Assembly (NCBI GenBank): GCA_039810045.1
Contig: JBDHWF010000002.1
Coordinates: forward strand, 2,610 to 66,609
Length of the DNA stretch: 64,000 nucleotides
Direction of reading: 5' to 3'
Source of the DNA: Chloroflexia bacterium
Lineage (GTDB): Bacteria; Chloroflexota; Chloroflexia; Thermomicrobiales; CADCWN01
Shown here: positions 7,976 to 17,852 of the stretch, piece after piece
Position numbering within the stretch: position 1 is the first letter of the stretch
Layout of the letters: each line of letters opens with the position of its first letter
Program-made: the position numbers and the translations under genes
The notes under the pieces: model-generated
Databases searched by the model: none
What the model saw: only the letters and a program-made list of their open reading frames with translations
Told to the model about the DNA's origin: nothing

Positions 7976-8887
7976 TTACCCCGTTTGGTGTGGCGGGTAG
8001 TATGTCATCTCGGCGCGGAGCAATGCAACGAGCAGGGCCGTTGTTTTTGGCAGCGGTTCGGCGTTGGCCTGTTGCACCAACGCGAGTTCGCGGGTGAACT
8101 GGCTCGCTTCGTCGAGCGGTAGGGCCACCAATCGGCCCGCGGCAAGATCTGCTTGCACGATTGGTGCTGGGAGAAATCCCGCCCCGATGCCCTCCAGAAT
8201 CAACTGCCGCATCAGGCCGTGTGGAAACTCTCGCTCGCGCCAGCCCCGCTCGGTGTCGCGCACTAACCGCGCATCGTGTGGTGTGCCCCAGACTGTTTCG
8301 TGATACGGTCGCCCTTGCGCGACGATTTCCTCAACGGTTGTCTGGCTTTGCTGGGCGAGGGGGTGCGTGGGCGCAGCGACCGCCAGAAGGCGTTCCTGAA
8401 AGCGTCCGATCACCACAAGATCGCGGGTGCTGGCGAGATACTGCCAGGTGATCAGGCCAAGTTGAATACTCCCATCAAGCAATTCCTGCACTACCTGTGG
8501 GGTATGCCCGGTACGAATCGATAGCGCACTGCTGGGATGATTGCGGCAGAAACGGGCGATCACTGGCACCAGAAAGCCATCGGCGATTGACTCCACCGCC
8601 CCAATCGCCACCGTGCCGCTCTCGCCAGTATCCGTCTGGCGTGCCGCCTCGATTCCTGCATCCAGGGTCGCCAGCACGCGACGAACATAGGGGAGGAAGG
8701 TATCGCCGCGCGCCGTTAGGGTGGCCCGCCGCCCGCCTCGCACAAACAGCGGCCCGCCCACGGCAGCTTCCAACGCCGCGATGCGTCCGCTGATCGTCGC
8801 CTGCGCGAGGCCCAGCGACCGCGCCGCCCGATTAAAGCTGCCTTCACGAACAATCCGCTCGAAGGCGATCAGTTGATCCCGATCCAT
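7976..8887 (-). CDS. LysR-family transcriptional regulator
   Basis: N-terminal HTH (LIAFERIVREGSFNRAARSLGLAQATISGRIAALE) followed by a substrate-binding domain of about 200 aa. Confidence 0.9.
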   Translation of the reverse strand: MDRDQLIAFERIVREGSFNRAARSLGLAQATISGRIAALEAAVGGPLFVRGGRRATLTARGDTFLPYVRRVLATLDAGIEAARQTDTGESGTVAIGAVESIADGFLVPVIARFCRNHPSSALSIRTGHTPQVVQELLDGSIQLGLITWQYLASTRDLVVIGRFQERLLAVAAPTHPLAQQSQTTVEEIVAQGRPYHETVWGTPHDARLVRDTERGWREREFPHGLMRQLILEGIGAGFLPAPIVQADLAAGRLVALPLDEASQFTRELALVQQANAEPLPKTTALLVALLRAEMTYYPPHQTG

Positions 8888-9062
8888 CCTACCGCCTCAT
8901 CACACTCGCATCGCGGCGAAAGCCCACCGCTAGCGACAGGTACCCTGCTCTTGAGTTATCGGAAAACCCGAACGAGCAATTCGTTTTGTACGGATTGGAT
9001 TATAGTCGCTGGTCGGCTATTCTAGCAGGAGTAGCGATGATCGCGGCGTGAAGGGAGAGACG

Positions 9063-9773
9063 ATGACCAGGCTCGATTTTCGGCAATACAGCCATCTGAC
9101 ATTCGATTGTTATGGCACGTTGATCAATTGGGAGGCCGGGATTCTGGCGGCGATGCGGCCAATCCTGGCGCGGCATCATGTAACGGCCTCGGATGACACG
9201 ATTTTGGAGTTGTTTGGCGAACTGGAAGCGCCAGAGGAGGCCAAACCTTATCAGTCGTATCGGTCGTTACTAGGGAACGTTCTGGCTGGTTATGCCGAAC
9301 GACTTGGGTTTACGCTAGCCGACGATGAAAAGGATGCGCTCGGGCGCTCAGTCGTCGATTGGCCCGCCTTCCCCGATACGGTTGCGGCGTTAGCAACGCT
9401 GGCGAAGCATTATCAGCTGGTGATTCTGTCGAATATTGACGACGACCTCTTTGCTGGCACAGCGCGGCATTTGCAGACCGACTTCGCCGCCGTGATCACG
9501 GCCCAACAGGTGGGCAGCTATAAGCCGAATCACGGTCACTTCTTGCGGGCGCAAGAACAGCTTGAGGTGCCGTCAGAGAAGATCCTGCACGTTGCCCAAA
9601 GCCTGTTTCATGATATGGTGCCAGCGAAGGCACTGGGGCTGGATACGGTTTGGGTCAATCGGCGGCATGATCGCCCAGGCTTTGGGGCGACCCCACCCGC
9701 AGAGGCCCAGCCCGACCATATCGTGCCTGACATGAAAACGTTGGCGGCAGAGGTGGAGCAGGCATTCGCCTGA
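9063..9773 (+). CDS. HAD-superfamily hydrolase, haloacid dehalogenase type II-like
   Basis: HAD motif I FDCYGTLINWE, motif LSNID and a late SYKPN / HVAQS..HD signature. ATG 9063 follows AAGGGAGAG. Confidence 0.8.
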   Translation: MTRLDFRQYSHLTFDCYGTLINWEAGILAAMRPILARHHVTASDDTILELFGELEAPEEAKPYQSYRSLLGNVLAGYAERLGFTLADDEKDALGRSVVDWPAFPDTVAALATLAKHYQLVILSNIDDDLFAGTARHLQTDFAAVITAQQVGSYKPNHGHFLRAQEQLEVPSEKILHVAQSLFHDMVPAKALGLDTVWVNRRHDRPGFGATPPAEAQPDHIVPDMKTLAAEVEQAFA

Positions 9774-9823
9774 GCCGTTGTGGTTGCTGACGCGGTGGAC
9801 TATAACGAAGGAGGCTGGGGCTG

Positions 9824-11014
9824 ATGAGTAAAGGTTCGGGCAAAGGCTGGGACCAGAGCTGGGGGATCGATACCCTCCTGTTACACGGCAATCAGGAGCC
9901 AGACTCAGCGACTGGGGCGGTCGTGCCGCCGATTCACCCCGCCTCAACCTTTGTGCGCGAAGCGATCAACGACAATGCGCAATATCGCTACTCACGCGGG
10001 GCGAATCCCACCCGCGCCGCGCTCGAAGGGGTGCTGCAAGGGTTGGAGCATGGCGCGGGCGCTTCGGCCTTCGCCTCAGGGATGGCCGCAGTTACGGCGG
10101 CGATTCAACTGCTATCGGCGGGCGATCATGCCGTCGTGGGGTATGACTGTTACCTCAGCACCTATCACCTCTTTGCCAACGATCTGCCGCGCTTTGGGAT
10201 TACCACTACGTTTGTTGATCTGACCGATCTGGCGGCGGTGGAACGGGCGATCACGCCGCAGACGCGGATGATCTGGATTGAAACGCCGACTAATCCTCTG
10301 CTCGATATCGTTGATTTGCAGGCGGTGGCGCAACTGGCGCAGGCGGCGAATGCGCTCACGGTAGTTGATAATACCTTTGCCTCGCCCTACTGCCAGAATC
10401 CGATCGATTGGGGTTGCGATCTGGTGGTGCATAGCACCACGAAATATATCGGTGGACACAGTGATCTGACAGGCGGCGCGGTGATCGCTCGTACCCCCGA
10501 ACTGGCCGCAACGATCGCGGATCGGCAATATTACCTGGGGGCCGTGCCCAGCGCGTTCGATTGCTGGCTGCTACTGCGGAGTCTGCACACGCTCGGCGTG
10601 CGGATGCGCCAGACGATGATCAATGCTCAACAGGTCGCTGAATGGCTGCGCGACGATCCGCGTGTGACCAAGGCGATTTACCCCGGCCTGCTCGAACATC
10701 CGGCGCATGCGCTGGCGCAGCGACAGATGACTGGCGGCTTCAGTGGGATGGTTTCGTTCGCGGTCGGTGGCGGCGTGGATGCAGCCCGAAAAGTTTCGGC
10801 GGCGACCGAACTGTTCGCCCTGGCGACCAGCCTCGGTGGGGTGGAGTCGCTGATCTTCCCGCCGACCGCCTGGTTACACACTGATCCCGTGTTGATGGCG
10901 CAGATCCCCGGCTCACCATGGGCGCAGCACCCCGACTTGATCCGGCTCTCGGTGGGGATTGAGGATGCTAACGATCTGATTGCCGACCTTGACCGTGCGC
11001 TGAGTGTGATCTGA
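9824..11014 (+). CDS. PLP-dependent Cys/Met-metabolism enzyme (cystathionine gamma-synthase/lyase or beta-lyase family)
   Basis: Contains the HSTTKYIGGHSD PLP-lysine motif and the family-typical C-terminus (LIRLSVGIEDANDLIADL). An AAGGAGG SD lies upstream. Confidence 0.88.
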   Translation: MSKGSGKGWDQSWGIDTLLLHGNQEPDSATGAVVPPIHPASTFVREAINDNAQYRYSRGANPTRAALEGVLQGLEHGAGASAFASGMAAVTAAIQLLSAGDHAVVGYDCYLSTYHLFANDLPRFGITTTFVDLTDLAAVERAITPQTRMIWIETPTNPLLDIVDLQAVAQLAQAANALTVVDNTFASPYCQNPIDWGCDLVVHSTTKYIGGHSDLTGGAVIARTPELAATIADRQYYLGAVPSAFDCWLLLRSLHTLGVRMRQTMINAQQVAEWLRDDPRVTKAIYPGLLEHPAHALAQRQMTGGFSGMVSFAVGGGVDAARKVSAATELFALATSLGGVESLIFPPTAWLHTDPVLMAQIPGSPWAQHPDLIRLSVGIEDANDLIADLDRALSVI

Positions 11015-11120
11015 GCTTTATTGCAGTGGGCGATAGGCCAATATATGCATTGGCTCAGTAGCGCTAGGTCAATGGTGGCCCCGCCCCTGTGATGGCAATG
11101 AGAGGTTCACCGAGCAGCGT

Positions 11121-11639
11121 TCACACCGCAAAGCGCCAGAGTGTCGCGCCGTGTGGCTCAGCTGTGGCGTTCCCGATGGCAGTGTGGAAGGTGCAGCGGT
11201 AGACGTGCCAGGGGGGAGGGCCAGCACTCGGGGCGCTGTATGGCGCAGTGAAGGCGTCGCCCTCGACCTGTGCCGGCCAGCCATCCTCGCGGCAGCGCGC
11301 GGCCACTAGTTCCAGGGTTGGCCCATCGGTGACTCTGACCGCGTCACCTTCGAACACCATGTCGATGGTCGCCAGTTTGGCGGCGATTGTGCAGGCTGGG
11401 TTTTCAGCCAGATTGCGGGACTTGCGCGTTCCTGGCCCACTGGTGAAATAGATATCGCCATCGACCCAAAGCGCCCCGATTCCGGCGGCGTGGGGGCGAC
11501 CATCTGGCCGCGTTGTGCCGAGGACGGCAGGGCCGAGGAAGATCGTATTGAGCAAGAGATCGTGCGGCCTACTCCACGGCAGCGGGGCGCTACCATAGCC
11601 ATCGAGATTCTTGGTCTCAACAGGTGTTCGATCAGCCAT
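11121..11639 (-). CDS. pyridoxamine 5'-phosphate oxidase-family (split-barrel, possibly F420/FMN-binding) protein
   Basis: Block DGRPHAAGIGALWVDGDIYFTSGPGTRKSRNLAENPACTI is typical of PPOX-class proteins. ATG 11639 is preceded by GGAGG. Confidence 0.65.
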   Translation of the reverse strand: MADRTPVETKNLDGYGSAPLPWSRPHDLLLNTIFLGPAVLGTTRPDGRPHAAGIGALWVDGDIYFTSGPGTRKSRNLAENPACTIAAKLATIDMVFEGDAVRVTDGPTLELVAARCREDGWPAQVEGDAFTAPYSAPSAGPPPWHVYRCTFHTAIGNATAEPHGATLWRFAV

Positions 11640-11779
11640 CTGGATACCTCCATTCTCGCGCAGGGGCCGTGTGATGCCAGTTGCAGGGCCAGGTAGGTGT
11701 GCCTGACCTGTATTATTGTGGGGATCGCGGTTTGTCGCGATCCCCACAACGATCAAGCCCCGTGCCTGGTGGATAGATT

Positions 11780-12187
11780 CTACGTGTTCAGTGGTCCCTC
11801 ATAGACGACTTCAAACAAGATGTTGTCGGGTGAGGTGAAGATGATCTGGTAGTAATCGTTTTCTTCCGTCATCCACTCTGGGTTGTGGCGCGGCGTCTCG
11901 AATAGCCCCGTAATTCCGCGTTCGCGCAGGAAGGCGACGGTAGCATCAACGTCGGCAACAGACTCGGTGCCAATTGCCAGATGATTCAGCCCGGGGCCAT
12001 TGTAGTGATTCTTCACATCCTCGGCGGGGCTGTAGAACCAGATGCTGAAATGATCGCCAGGGCCGACGATCACCGACCCCGCAAACTGATCCAAGATCTG
12101 CCACCCAAGGAAGGCGAACAGGTCATGGTAGAAACGCAGGTTCGCTGCGTTGACGTTGAATTGCAGGTGCGAGAGTCGCGTTTTCAC
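11780..12187 (-). CDS. VOC/glyoxalase-bleomycin-resistance family protein
   Basis: 135 aa. Begins LSHLQFNVNAANLRFYHDLFAFLGW and contains GLNHLAIG. It is a paralog of the next gene. GTG start with GGAGGAATC SD. Confidence 0.75.
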   Translation of the reverse strand: MKTRLSHLQFNVNAANLRFYHDLFAFLGWQILDQFAGSVIVGPGDHFSIWFYSPAEDVKNHYNGPGLNHLAIGTESVADVDATVAFLRERGITGLFETPRHNPEWMTEENDYYQIIFTSPDNILFEVVYEGPLNT

Positions 12188-12226
12188 GATTCCTCCGGGG
12201 GTACGCGGCAGGTATGAAGGAGCCGA

Positions 12227-12640
12227 CTAATCCTGCTTTGGCCCCATGTACACCACCTCAAACAGGAGGTTGTCTGGTGAGGCGAACATTACCTGATAGT
12301 AGGTTGACCCTTCGCTGCTGAAGTCAGGGCGATGGCGTGGAGTTTCAAAGAGGCACTCTACCCCGTGCTGGCGTAGATAATCAACGGTCTGATCAACGTC
12401 GGCCTGGCTCTGTGCATGAACGGCCAGATGGTTCATCCCTGGGCCGTCGTAATCGTTCGCGGCAGTATTGGTGGTCTTGGCAAACCAGACGCTGATTGCG
12501 CCATCTTCGCCAGAACCAACCCCCAGGACATACTCATCATCGTTCAAGATCTGCCACCCCAGGAAGGTAAAAAGATCGCGATAAAAGCCAAAGTTCGCTG
12601 CATCCACGTTGATCTGTAGGTGAATCCCTGCTGTTTTCAC
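12227..12640 (-). CDS. VOC/glyoxalase family protein (tandem paralog)
   Basis: GIHLQINVDAANFGFYRDLFTFLGWQIL aligns with the neighbouring paralog. GTG 12640 is preceded by AGGAGG. The ORF track start is 12682. Confidence 0.72.
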   Translation of the reverse strand: MKTAGIHLQINVDAANFGFYRDLFTFLGWQILNDDEYVLGVGSGEDGAISVWFAKTTNTAANDYDGPGMNHLAVHAQSQADVDQTVDYLRQHGVECLFETPRHRPDFSSEGSTYYQVMFASPDNLLFEVVYMGPKQD

Positions 12641-12784
12641 GGTACCTCCTGCTACTGGATTGCGGCCTTGCTGCGCCCTCACGCAGTTTGTGTATAATAG
12701 AACATTTTTTCGAATCGATCAATCGCAGCCCGATCACTCTGCGGCACTCTTGCAGATAGTACGGTGATTCCGTACAATATCGGT

Positions 12785-13258
12785 ATGGACGAGCAACTGG
12801 AACGCCGCTTCGGGCGCGCATATTGGCGGGCATTCCGCGAACTGGATAGTGTACGCTTGCGCAACTGGGAGCGGCATCGGTTGACGCTGCCTCAATTGCG
12901 CGTCCTCTATCAGATTCGGCGAGTGCCGGGGGTGACGACAGGCGAGTTAGCCGCCGCCCTGGGGATCACGGTCTCCACCACCAGCGGCCTGGTGATCAAA
13001 TTGACCGAGCGGGGGTTGGTTGAGCGCACCACGGATGCCGATGATCGGCGGCAAGCACCCCTGACGCTGACGCAGGAAGGTCATGCCCTGTCGGGGGAAC
13101 TCTCGGAATATGGGCGGCTCTTTACCATGCAGGTGGCGCGGCTACTCGGTGACGATCTGGGCGAGATTACGGCTGCCCTCGAACGGCTGACGACGGTGGC
13201 GAATGAAGCGGCTACCTGGAATCAACAGCACCCTGCTGAAGACCCCGCCACGCGCTAG
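12785..13258 (+). CDS. MarR-family transcriptional regulator
   Basis: Winged HTH (LTLPQLRVLYQIRRVPGVTTGELAAALGITVSTTSGLVIKLTERGLVERTTDADDRR). The start is ambiguous between ATG 12785 and GTG 12764. Confidence 0.85.
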   Translation: MDEQLERRFGRAYWRAFRELDSVRLRNWERHRLTLPQLRVLYQIRRVPGVTTGELAAALGITVSTTSGLVIKLTERGLVERTTDADDRRQAPLTLTQEGHALSGELSEYGRLFTMQVARLLGDDLGEITAALERLTTVANEAATWNQQHPAEDPATR

Positions 13259-13363
13259 CGATCAGCGGTACCGCCTGATACTTTGCTTTCACTCGACAAA
13301 TGGCGACCAATCACGGATCATGCAGTAGGATACCTGCTGTGCTGTATCGTGAGGGAGGACGGG

Positions 13364-14200
13364 GTGGATATTCAGGGGAAATTCACTGGTGCAGTGGAGC
13401 CGCCAGAACTGCGGACGCCACAAGCATGGTGGTTTGGCTTTGTCGGAGATCGGCTCGTCCTGGCCCAAACGGGAGAGCGGGAGGACATTATCCAGGCGGC
13501 AGCATCGACGGAAGTTGGCCTCACCCCCACAGCCCAATACTACCTGGGGCAATATAACGATGCTGATTGCTGGGCGCTCGATCTGGGGATCGACCCAGAG
13601 CTTGCGCTGCCGACGGGATTGAAATCGCGCAACCTGCGCGGGCAATATGGGCGGATCGCAGATGATCTGTTCGCCCTGGCGGGGCGAGCGGTGCAGGTTG
13701 TTGAGTGGGGCCGCAACCACAACTTTTGTGGGCGCTGCGGGCAGCCTACTGAGCCGATTCCGGGTGAGCGGGCAAAGCGCTGCCCCACCTGTGGATTGAT
13801 CACCTATCCGCGCCTTTCGCCAGCCGTGATTGTGCAGATCACCCGTGGCGATCAGATCTTGCTGGCCCGCAATGCCAATTTTCGTGGGGGGTTCTACAGT
13901 GTCCTGGCCGGATTTGTCGAACCGGGTGAAACCCTGGAAGGAACGGTGCGACGGGAGATTCGGGAAGAAGTGGGGCTTGAGGTAGAGGCGATTCGCTATT
14001 TTGCTTCGCAGTCGTGGCCGTTTCCCAACTCGCTGATGCTGGGCTTCACGGCGCAATGGGCCAGCGGGGAAATCACCGTTGATCCACGCGAATTGGCGGC
14101 GGCAGACTGGTTCAGCGCCTCGGCGTTGCCCGATATTCCGCCCCCACCGAGTATCGCCCGCGCCCTGATCGACGATTTTATTCGGCAGCATCCAGGGTAG
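13364..14200 (+). CDS. nudC: NADH pyrophosphatase (Nudix hydrolase with zinc ribbon)
   Basis: Zinc ribbon CGRCGQPTEPIPGERAKRCPTCG followed by Nudix box GFVEPGETLEGTVRREIREEVGL and a QSWPFP motif. GTG 13364 is preceded by GGGAGGA. The ORF track TTG 13283 is less likely. Confidence 0.85.
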   Translation: MDIQGKFTGAVEPPELRTPQAWWFGFVGDRLVLAQTGEREDIIQAAASTEVGLTPTAQYYLGQYNDADCWALDLGIDPELALPTGLKSRNLRGQYGRIADDLFALAGRAVQVVEWGRNHNFCGRCGQPTEPIPGERAKRCPTCGLITYPRLSPAVIVQITRGDQILLARNANFRGGFYSVLAGFVEPGETLEGTVRREIREEVGLEVEAIRYFASQSWPFPNSLMLGFTAQWASGEITVDPRELAAADWFSASALPDIPPPPSIARALIDDFIRQHPG

Positions 14201-14242
14201 GGGTATTGGCCCAACAGACCAGAGCAATGGGATGAGAGTGGA

Positions 14243-15409
14243 ATGAGTATCGATGCGGCAGATTTGCCGAATGTCCAGATTGTTTTACTGCCGGGGGTGA
14301 TCGACCTCGCCTGGGGTCACCCTGATCCCGCATTATTACCAACTGCGGCGATCCAGCAGGCGACGACTGCTGCATTGCAACAGTTTGGGGCCGAGGCGTT
14401 GGCCTATGGGAGCGAACGAGGGCCAGGGGCGTTATTGCGCTGGTTGATCGCCTACCTTGGCGAGCATGATCAGCAGGCTCCAGCGGCGGACGAAATCTTG
14501 ATCACTGGTGGTATTTCCCAGGCTCTCGATCAGATCTGTACGTTGATGACCGTGCCAGGCGATGCGATCCTGGTTGAGCAGCCAACCTATCATCTGGCGG
14601 TGCGGATCTTCAAAGAACACCCCTTGGAGTTGGTTCCCGTTGCCAGTGATGGGGGCGGCTTGCGGCCTGAAGCGGTGGCCGAAGCCCTGTCCGCCTTGCA
14701 GCGGATCGGTCGTAAGCCGCGATTCCTCTATACCATCCCCACGTTCGGTAATCCAGTGGGGATCAGCCTGAGTATGGAGCGGCGGCAGGCGTTGATTGAT
14801 CTGGCGATTGGCGAGGAGTTGCTGATCGTCGAGGACGATGCGTACCGTGAACTGTCCTACGATGGCCCTGCACCGTCGTCGTTGTGGAGTATGGCCCCAC
14901 GCGGTGCAGTGGTGCGACTCGGCTCCTTCTCTAAATCGGTGACGCCGGGGTTACGGGTTGGCTTCATGACTGCCGACGACGTGACGATTGAGCGGTTTCG
15001 TGGTGGTGGTCTGCTCGATAGCGGTGGTGGCACCAGCCACTTTGCGGCCAATATTCTGGCGACTTTTTGCGAGGCGGGGCAATTTGTGGAGCAGGGCAAG
15101 AAGTTGCGCGCGGCCTATCGCGCACGCCGCGATGCGCTGGCTGATGCGCTGGCCGAATATTTGCCGGAACAGTGCCGCTGGCAGCGACCAGCCGGGGGCT
15201 TCTTTATCTGGATTCAGTTGCCAACGGGGGTGACGGTTGCTGAACTGATGCCCCGCGCGATTGCCAGCGGTGTAGGCGTGGCTCCAGGTACCCGCTTCTT
15301 TGTCAACGGCGATGGGGCGAACTATGTGCGGGTGGCCTTCTCGTACTATCCAGAGGCGCAACTGACCGAAGGGGCACGGTTACTTGGGACGGTGCTTGAT
15401 GCGGGCTGA
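14243..15409 (+). CDS. PLP-dependent aminotransferase, class I/II (aminoadipate/MocR-catalytic-domain-like)
   Basis: PLP-lysine motif SFSKSVTPGLRVGF, the motif FLYTIPTFGNPVG, and a length of 388 aa. Confidence 0.8.
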   Translation: MSIDAADLPNVQIVLLPGVIDLAWGHPDPALLPTAAIQQATTAALQQFGAEALAYGSERGPGALLRWLIAYLGEHDQQAPAADEILITGGISQALDQICTLMTVPGDAILVEQPTYHLAVRIFKEHPLELVPVASDGGGLRPEAVAEALSALQRIGRKPRFLYTIPTFGNPVGISLSMERRQALIDLAIGEELLIVEDDAYRELSYDGPAPSSLWSMAPRGAVVRLGSFSKSVTPGLRVGFMTADDVTIERFRGGGLLDSGGGTSHFAANILATFCEAGQFVEQGKKLRAAYRARRDALADALAEYLPEQCRWQRPAGGFFIWIQLPTGVTVAELMPRAIASGVGVAPGTRFFVNGDGANYVRVAFSYYPEAQLTEGARLLGTVLDAG

Positions 15410-15426
15410 GCGGTAAAGGAATAACG

Positions 15427-16281
15427 ATGAGTGGATTAGCCTTAGTGCTTGGTGGCGGTGGCGTGACGGGAATTGCCTGGGAGACGGGCCTGCTCTATGG
15501 GCTTGCTGAAGCTGGAGTAGATCTCTCCACGGCTGACCTGATCATTGGTACGTCGGCAGGGTCGGTGGTTGGCACGCAGATCGCCACTGGCATAGGCTTG
15601 CGCGACCTCTATACCCGGCAGTTGCAGCCAGTGAACCCCGCTGTGGAGCGCTTGCCGCAGGGCGACTTCACTGCCCTGCTGCGGACCTTTGCGAACCGCC
15701 CGCCGCGTAATGGCCCAACGCCTGTTGCGGAGTGCGCGGCGATTGGTCAGGCGGCGCTGGCCGCGACAACTGAGCCAGAGGAGTCGCGGATTGCCGCGAT
15801 CAGTGCGCGGCTGCCAGAACAGGAGTGGCCGGAGCGGCGGTTATTGGTCACGGCAATTGATGCCGAAGATGGGCGCTTTGTCGCCTGGGATAAAGATTCC
15901 GAAGCCCCGCTGTTGCTGGCGGTGGCGTCGAGTTGCGCGGTGCCGATCATTTACCCGCCAATCACGATTGGGCAACGCCGCTACATTGATGGTGGGATGC
16001 GTTCGGGTACGAATGCCGACCTCGCCGCTGGCGCAGCGCAGGTAGTGATTATCGCCCCGATGGCGGCAGTGCCAACGATGCGCGGGGCGCTTGATGCCGA
16101 GGTGCGTGATCTGGAAGCTGCGGGCAGCACGGTGAAGGTGATCTGGCCCGACGAGAATGCCCTGGCTGCGATCGGCGCAAATCTGCTTGACCCAGCGCGG
16201 CGGATTCCTTCGGCGCAGGCGGGGCTCGCCCAGGCTGCTACGGCTGCCGAACAGGTGCGGCAAGTGGTTGGCAACAGCTAA
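15427..16281 (+). CDS. patatin-like phospholipase
   Basis: Oxyanion GGGGVTG, nucleophile GTSAGS and late DGG motifs. Confidence 0.85.
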   Translation: MSGLALVLGGGGVTGIAWETGLLYGLAEAGVDLSTADLIIGTSAGSVVGTQIATGIGLRDLYTRQLQPVNPAVERLPQGDFTALLRTFANRPPRNGPTPVAECAAIGQAALAATTEPEESRIAAISARLPEQEWPERRLLVTAIDAEDGRFVAWDKDSEAPLLLAVASSCAVPIIYPPITIGQRRYIDGGMRSGTNADLAAGAAQVVIIAPMAAVPTMRGALDAEVRDLEAAGSTVKVIWPDENALAAIGANLLDPARRIPSAQAGLAQAATAAEQVRQVVGNS

Positions 16282-16294
16282 TTATCGGCGGTCG

Positions 16295-17767
16295 CTACTC
16301 TGGCATCGGCAGCAATTTGCCGGGATTCATAATGCCGAGCGGATCGAGCGCCTTCTTGATCGCCTGCATGACCGGCAGGGCTGCGGCGTGTTCCTGGGAC
16401 ATATATTGCGGGCGCACAAAACCGACCCCATGTTCCCCGGTGACGGTGCCGCCCATCGCTAATGCCAGTTGGTGAATCTCATCCGAGGCTTTCAGCACAC
16501 GGCTGACCTCATCGTCGTTGCGCGGGTCAATCACGAAAGCGGAGTGAACATTGCCACTGCCGATATGCCCGTAGGTGGTGCAGCCGACCTGCCAACGTTC
16601 GGCAATTTCCGCGATCTTGCTGAGTGTTTCCGGCATTCGTGAGATTGGGACGGCGATATCTTCGCCCGTTGCAACGCGGGTGGCGTGTTCCTTCACCGTG
16701 CCAGCCGCCGCGCCCATCACACTGCGGGCCTGCCAGAGGGTTGCGACTTCCTGCGGATTATCGGACCAACTGACGCGATCGCTGATCGTGCGGAGGATCG
16801 TGGCAACCGCGTCGGCAGTTTCGGCCACCCCTTGCGGCAACCCTTCGATCTCAATCAAGAGCATCGCGGCAGCATCGGGGAGGGCCAGGTCAGGGCGATA
16901 TTTGTTGACGGCCTTGATTGCCGCGCGATCCATCAGTTCGAGCGCAGAAGGGACAATGCCGCCCCGGAAGATCCGGCGGGTGGCTTCTCCGGCATCTTCA
17001 ACGCGGTCGAAGAACGTCGTGACGACGCCACGGGCGGGCGATTTCGGCAGAATCTTCATCCGCAGCTTCGTGATCACGCCCAAAGTCCCTTCGGCCCCAC
17101 AGAACAGCCCGGTGAGGTTCATTCCTGAGGCACTTTGTAACGCCTTCGAGTTAGCCGAGCCTGTCCAGATCACTTCGCCAGAGGCCAGCACAACTTCGAG
17201 CCCGAGGACATAATGCAGCGTACTGCCATAGCGCACAGCACGCATCCCGCAGGAGTTGTTGGAAACCATGCCGCCAAGCGTTGCCATCTTGGTTGAACCA
17301 GGGTCAACGGGCAGGGAGAAGCCCGTAGGGGCCAGTTGCGCGTTCAGCGCATCGTGAATAATCCCTGGCTCACAGACGATTTGCAGGTTGTCCAGATCCA
17401 CTTCCAGCAGGGCGTTCATCCGGCGCAAGTCGAGCGTAATGCCGCCAGCGCGCGGCACCGAGCCGCCAGTCATCGCCGACGCCCCGGCCCGTGGCGTGAT
17501 CGGCACGCGGTATTTCGCCGCGACGTTGACGGCGTAGACCACATCATCGGTATTGTCTGGTTGCACCACGACATCGGGCGTTCCGGGCTGGAGGATTGAT
17601 GAGAACGAAGCGTCATATGAGTAGGCGATCAGATCCCACTCGGCAGTGAGGATCCGATCTGGCCCGAAGCGGTCCTGGAGTTCTTGCAGCGCGGCGGCTG
17701 GAAATGGCACTCGCGCTGGGCCGGGTGCTGACCCCGTTGCTTCAATGTAGCGATCTGCCTGTGTCAT
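16295..17767 (-). CDS. FAD-linked oxidase (GlcD / D-lactate dehydrogenase family)
   Basis: 490 aa. FAD_binding_4-type N-terminus (VVQPDNTDDVVYAVNVAAKYRVPITPRGAGASAMTGG-like) and C-terminal GGTVTGEHGVG motif. Confidence 0.85.
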   Translation of the reverse strand: MTQADRYIEATGSAPGPARVPFPAAALQELQDRFGPDRILTAEWDLIAYSYDASFSSILQPGTPDVVVQPDNTDDVVYAVNVAAKYRVPITPRAGASAMTGGSVPRAGGITLDLRRMNALLEVDLDNLQIVCEPGIIHDALNAQLAPTGFSLPVDPGSTKMATLGGMVSNNSCGMRAVRYGSTLHYVLGLEVVLASGEVIWTGSANSKALQSASGMNLTGLFCGAEGTLGVITKLRMKILPKSPARGVVTTFFDRVEDAGEATRRIFRGGIVPSALELMDRAAIKAVNKYRPDLALPDAAAMLLIEIEGLPQGVAETADAVATILRTISDRVSWSDNPQEVATLWQARSVMGAAAGTVKEHATRVATGEDIAVPISRMPETLSKIAEIAERWQVGCTTYGHIGSGNVHSAFVIDPRNDDEVSRVLKASDEIHQLALAMGGTVTGEHGVGFVRPQYMSQEHAAALPVMQAIKKALDPLGIMNPGKLLPMPE

Positions 17768-17852
17768 CGTGTTGCTCTCCTACCGCTTGTTGGTCTTCTC
17801 TGCTTCTTCAGCCACACAGTGATGGTAGTCCAACCGCACAGCTGCGCTCCCT

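Noticed and set aside
13289-14227. 312-aa ORF antisense to nudC
   Set aside because: It fully overlaps a gene with strong Nudix and zinc-ribbon motifs. The antisense translation is Arg/Pro/Gly-rich with no motif or SD, which is typical high-GC antisense ORF noise.
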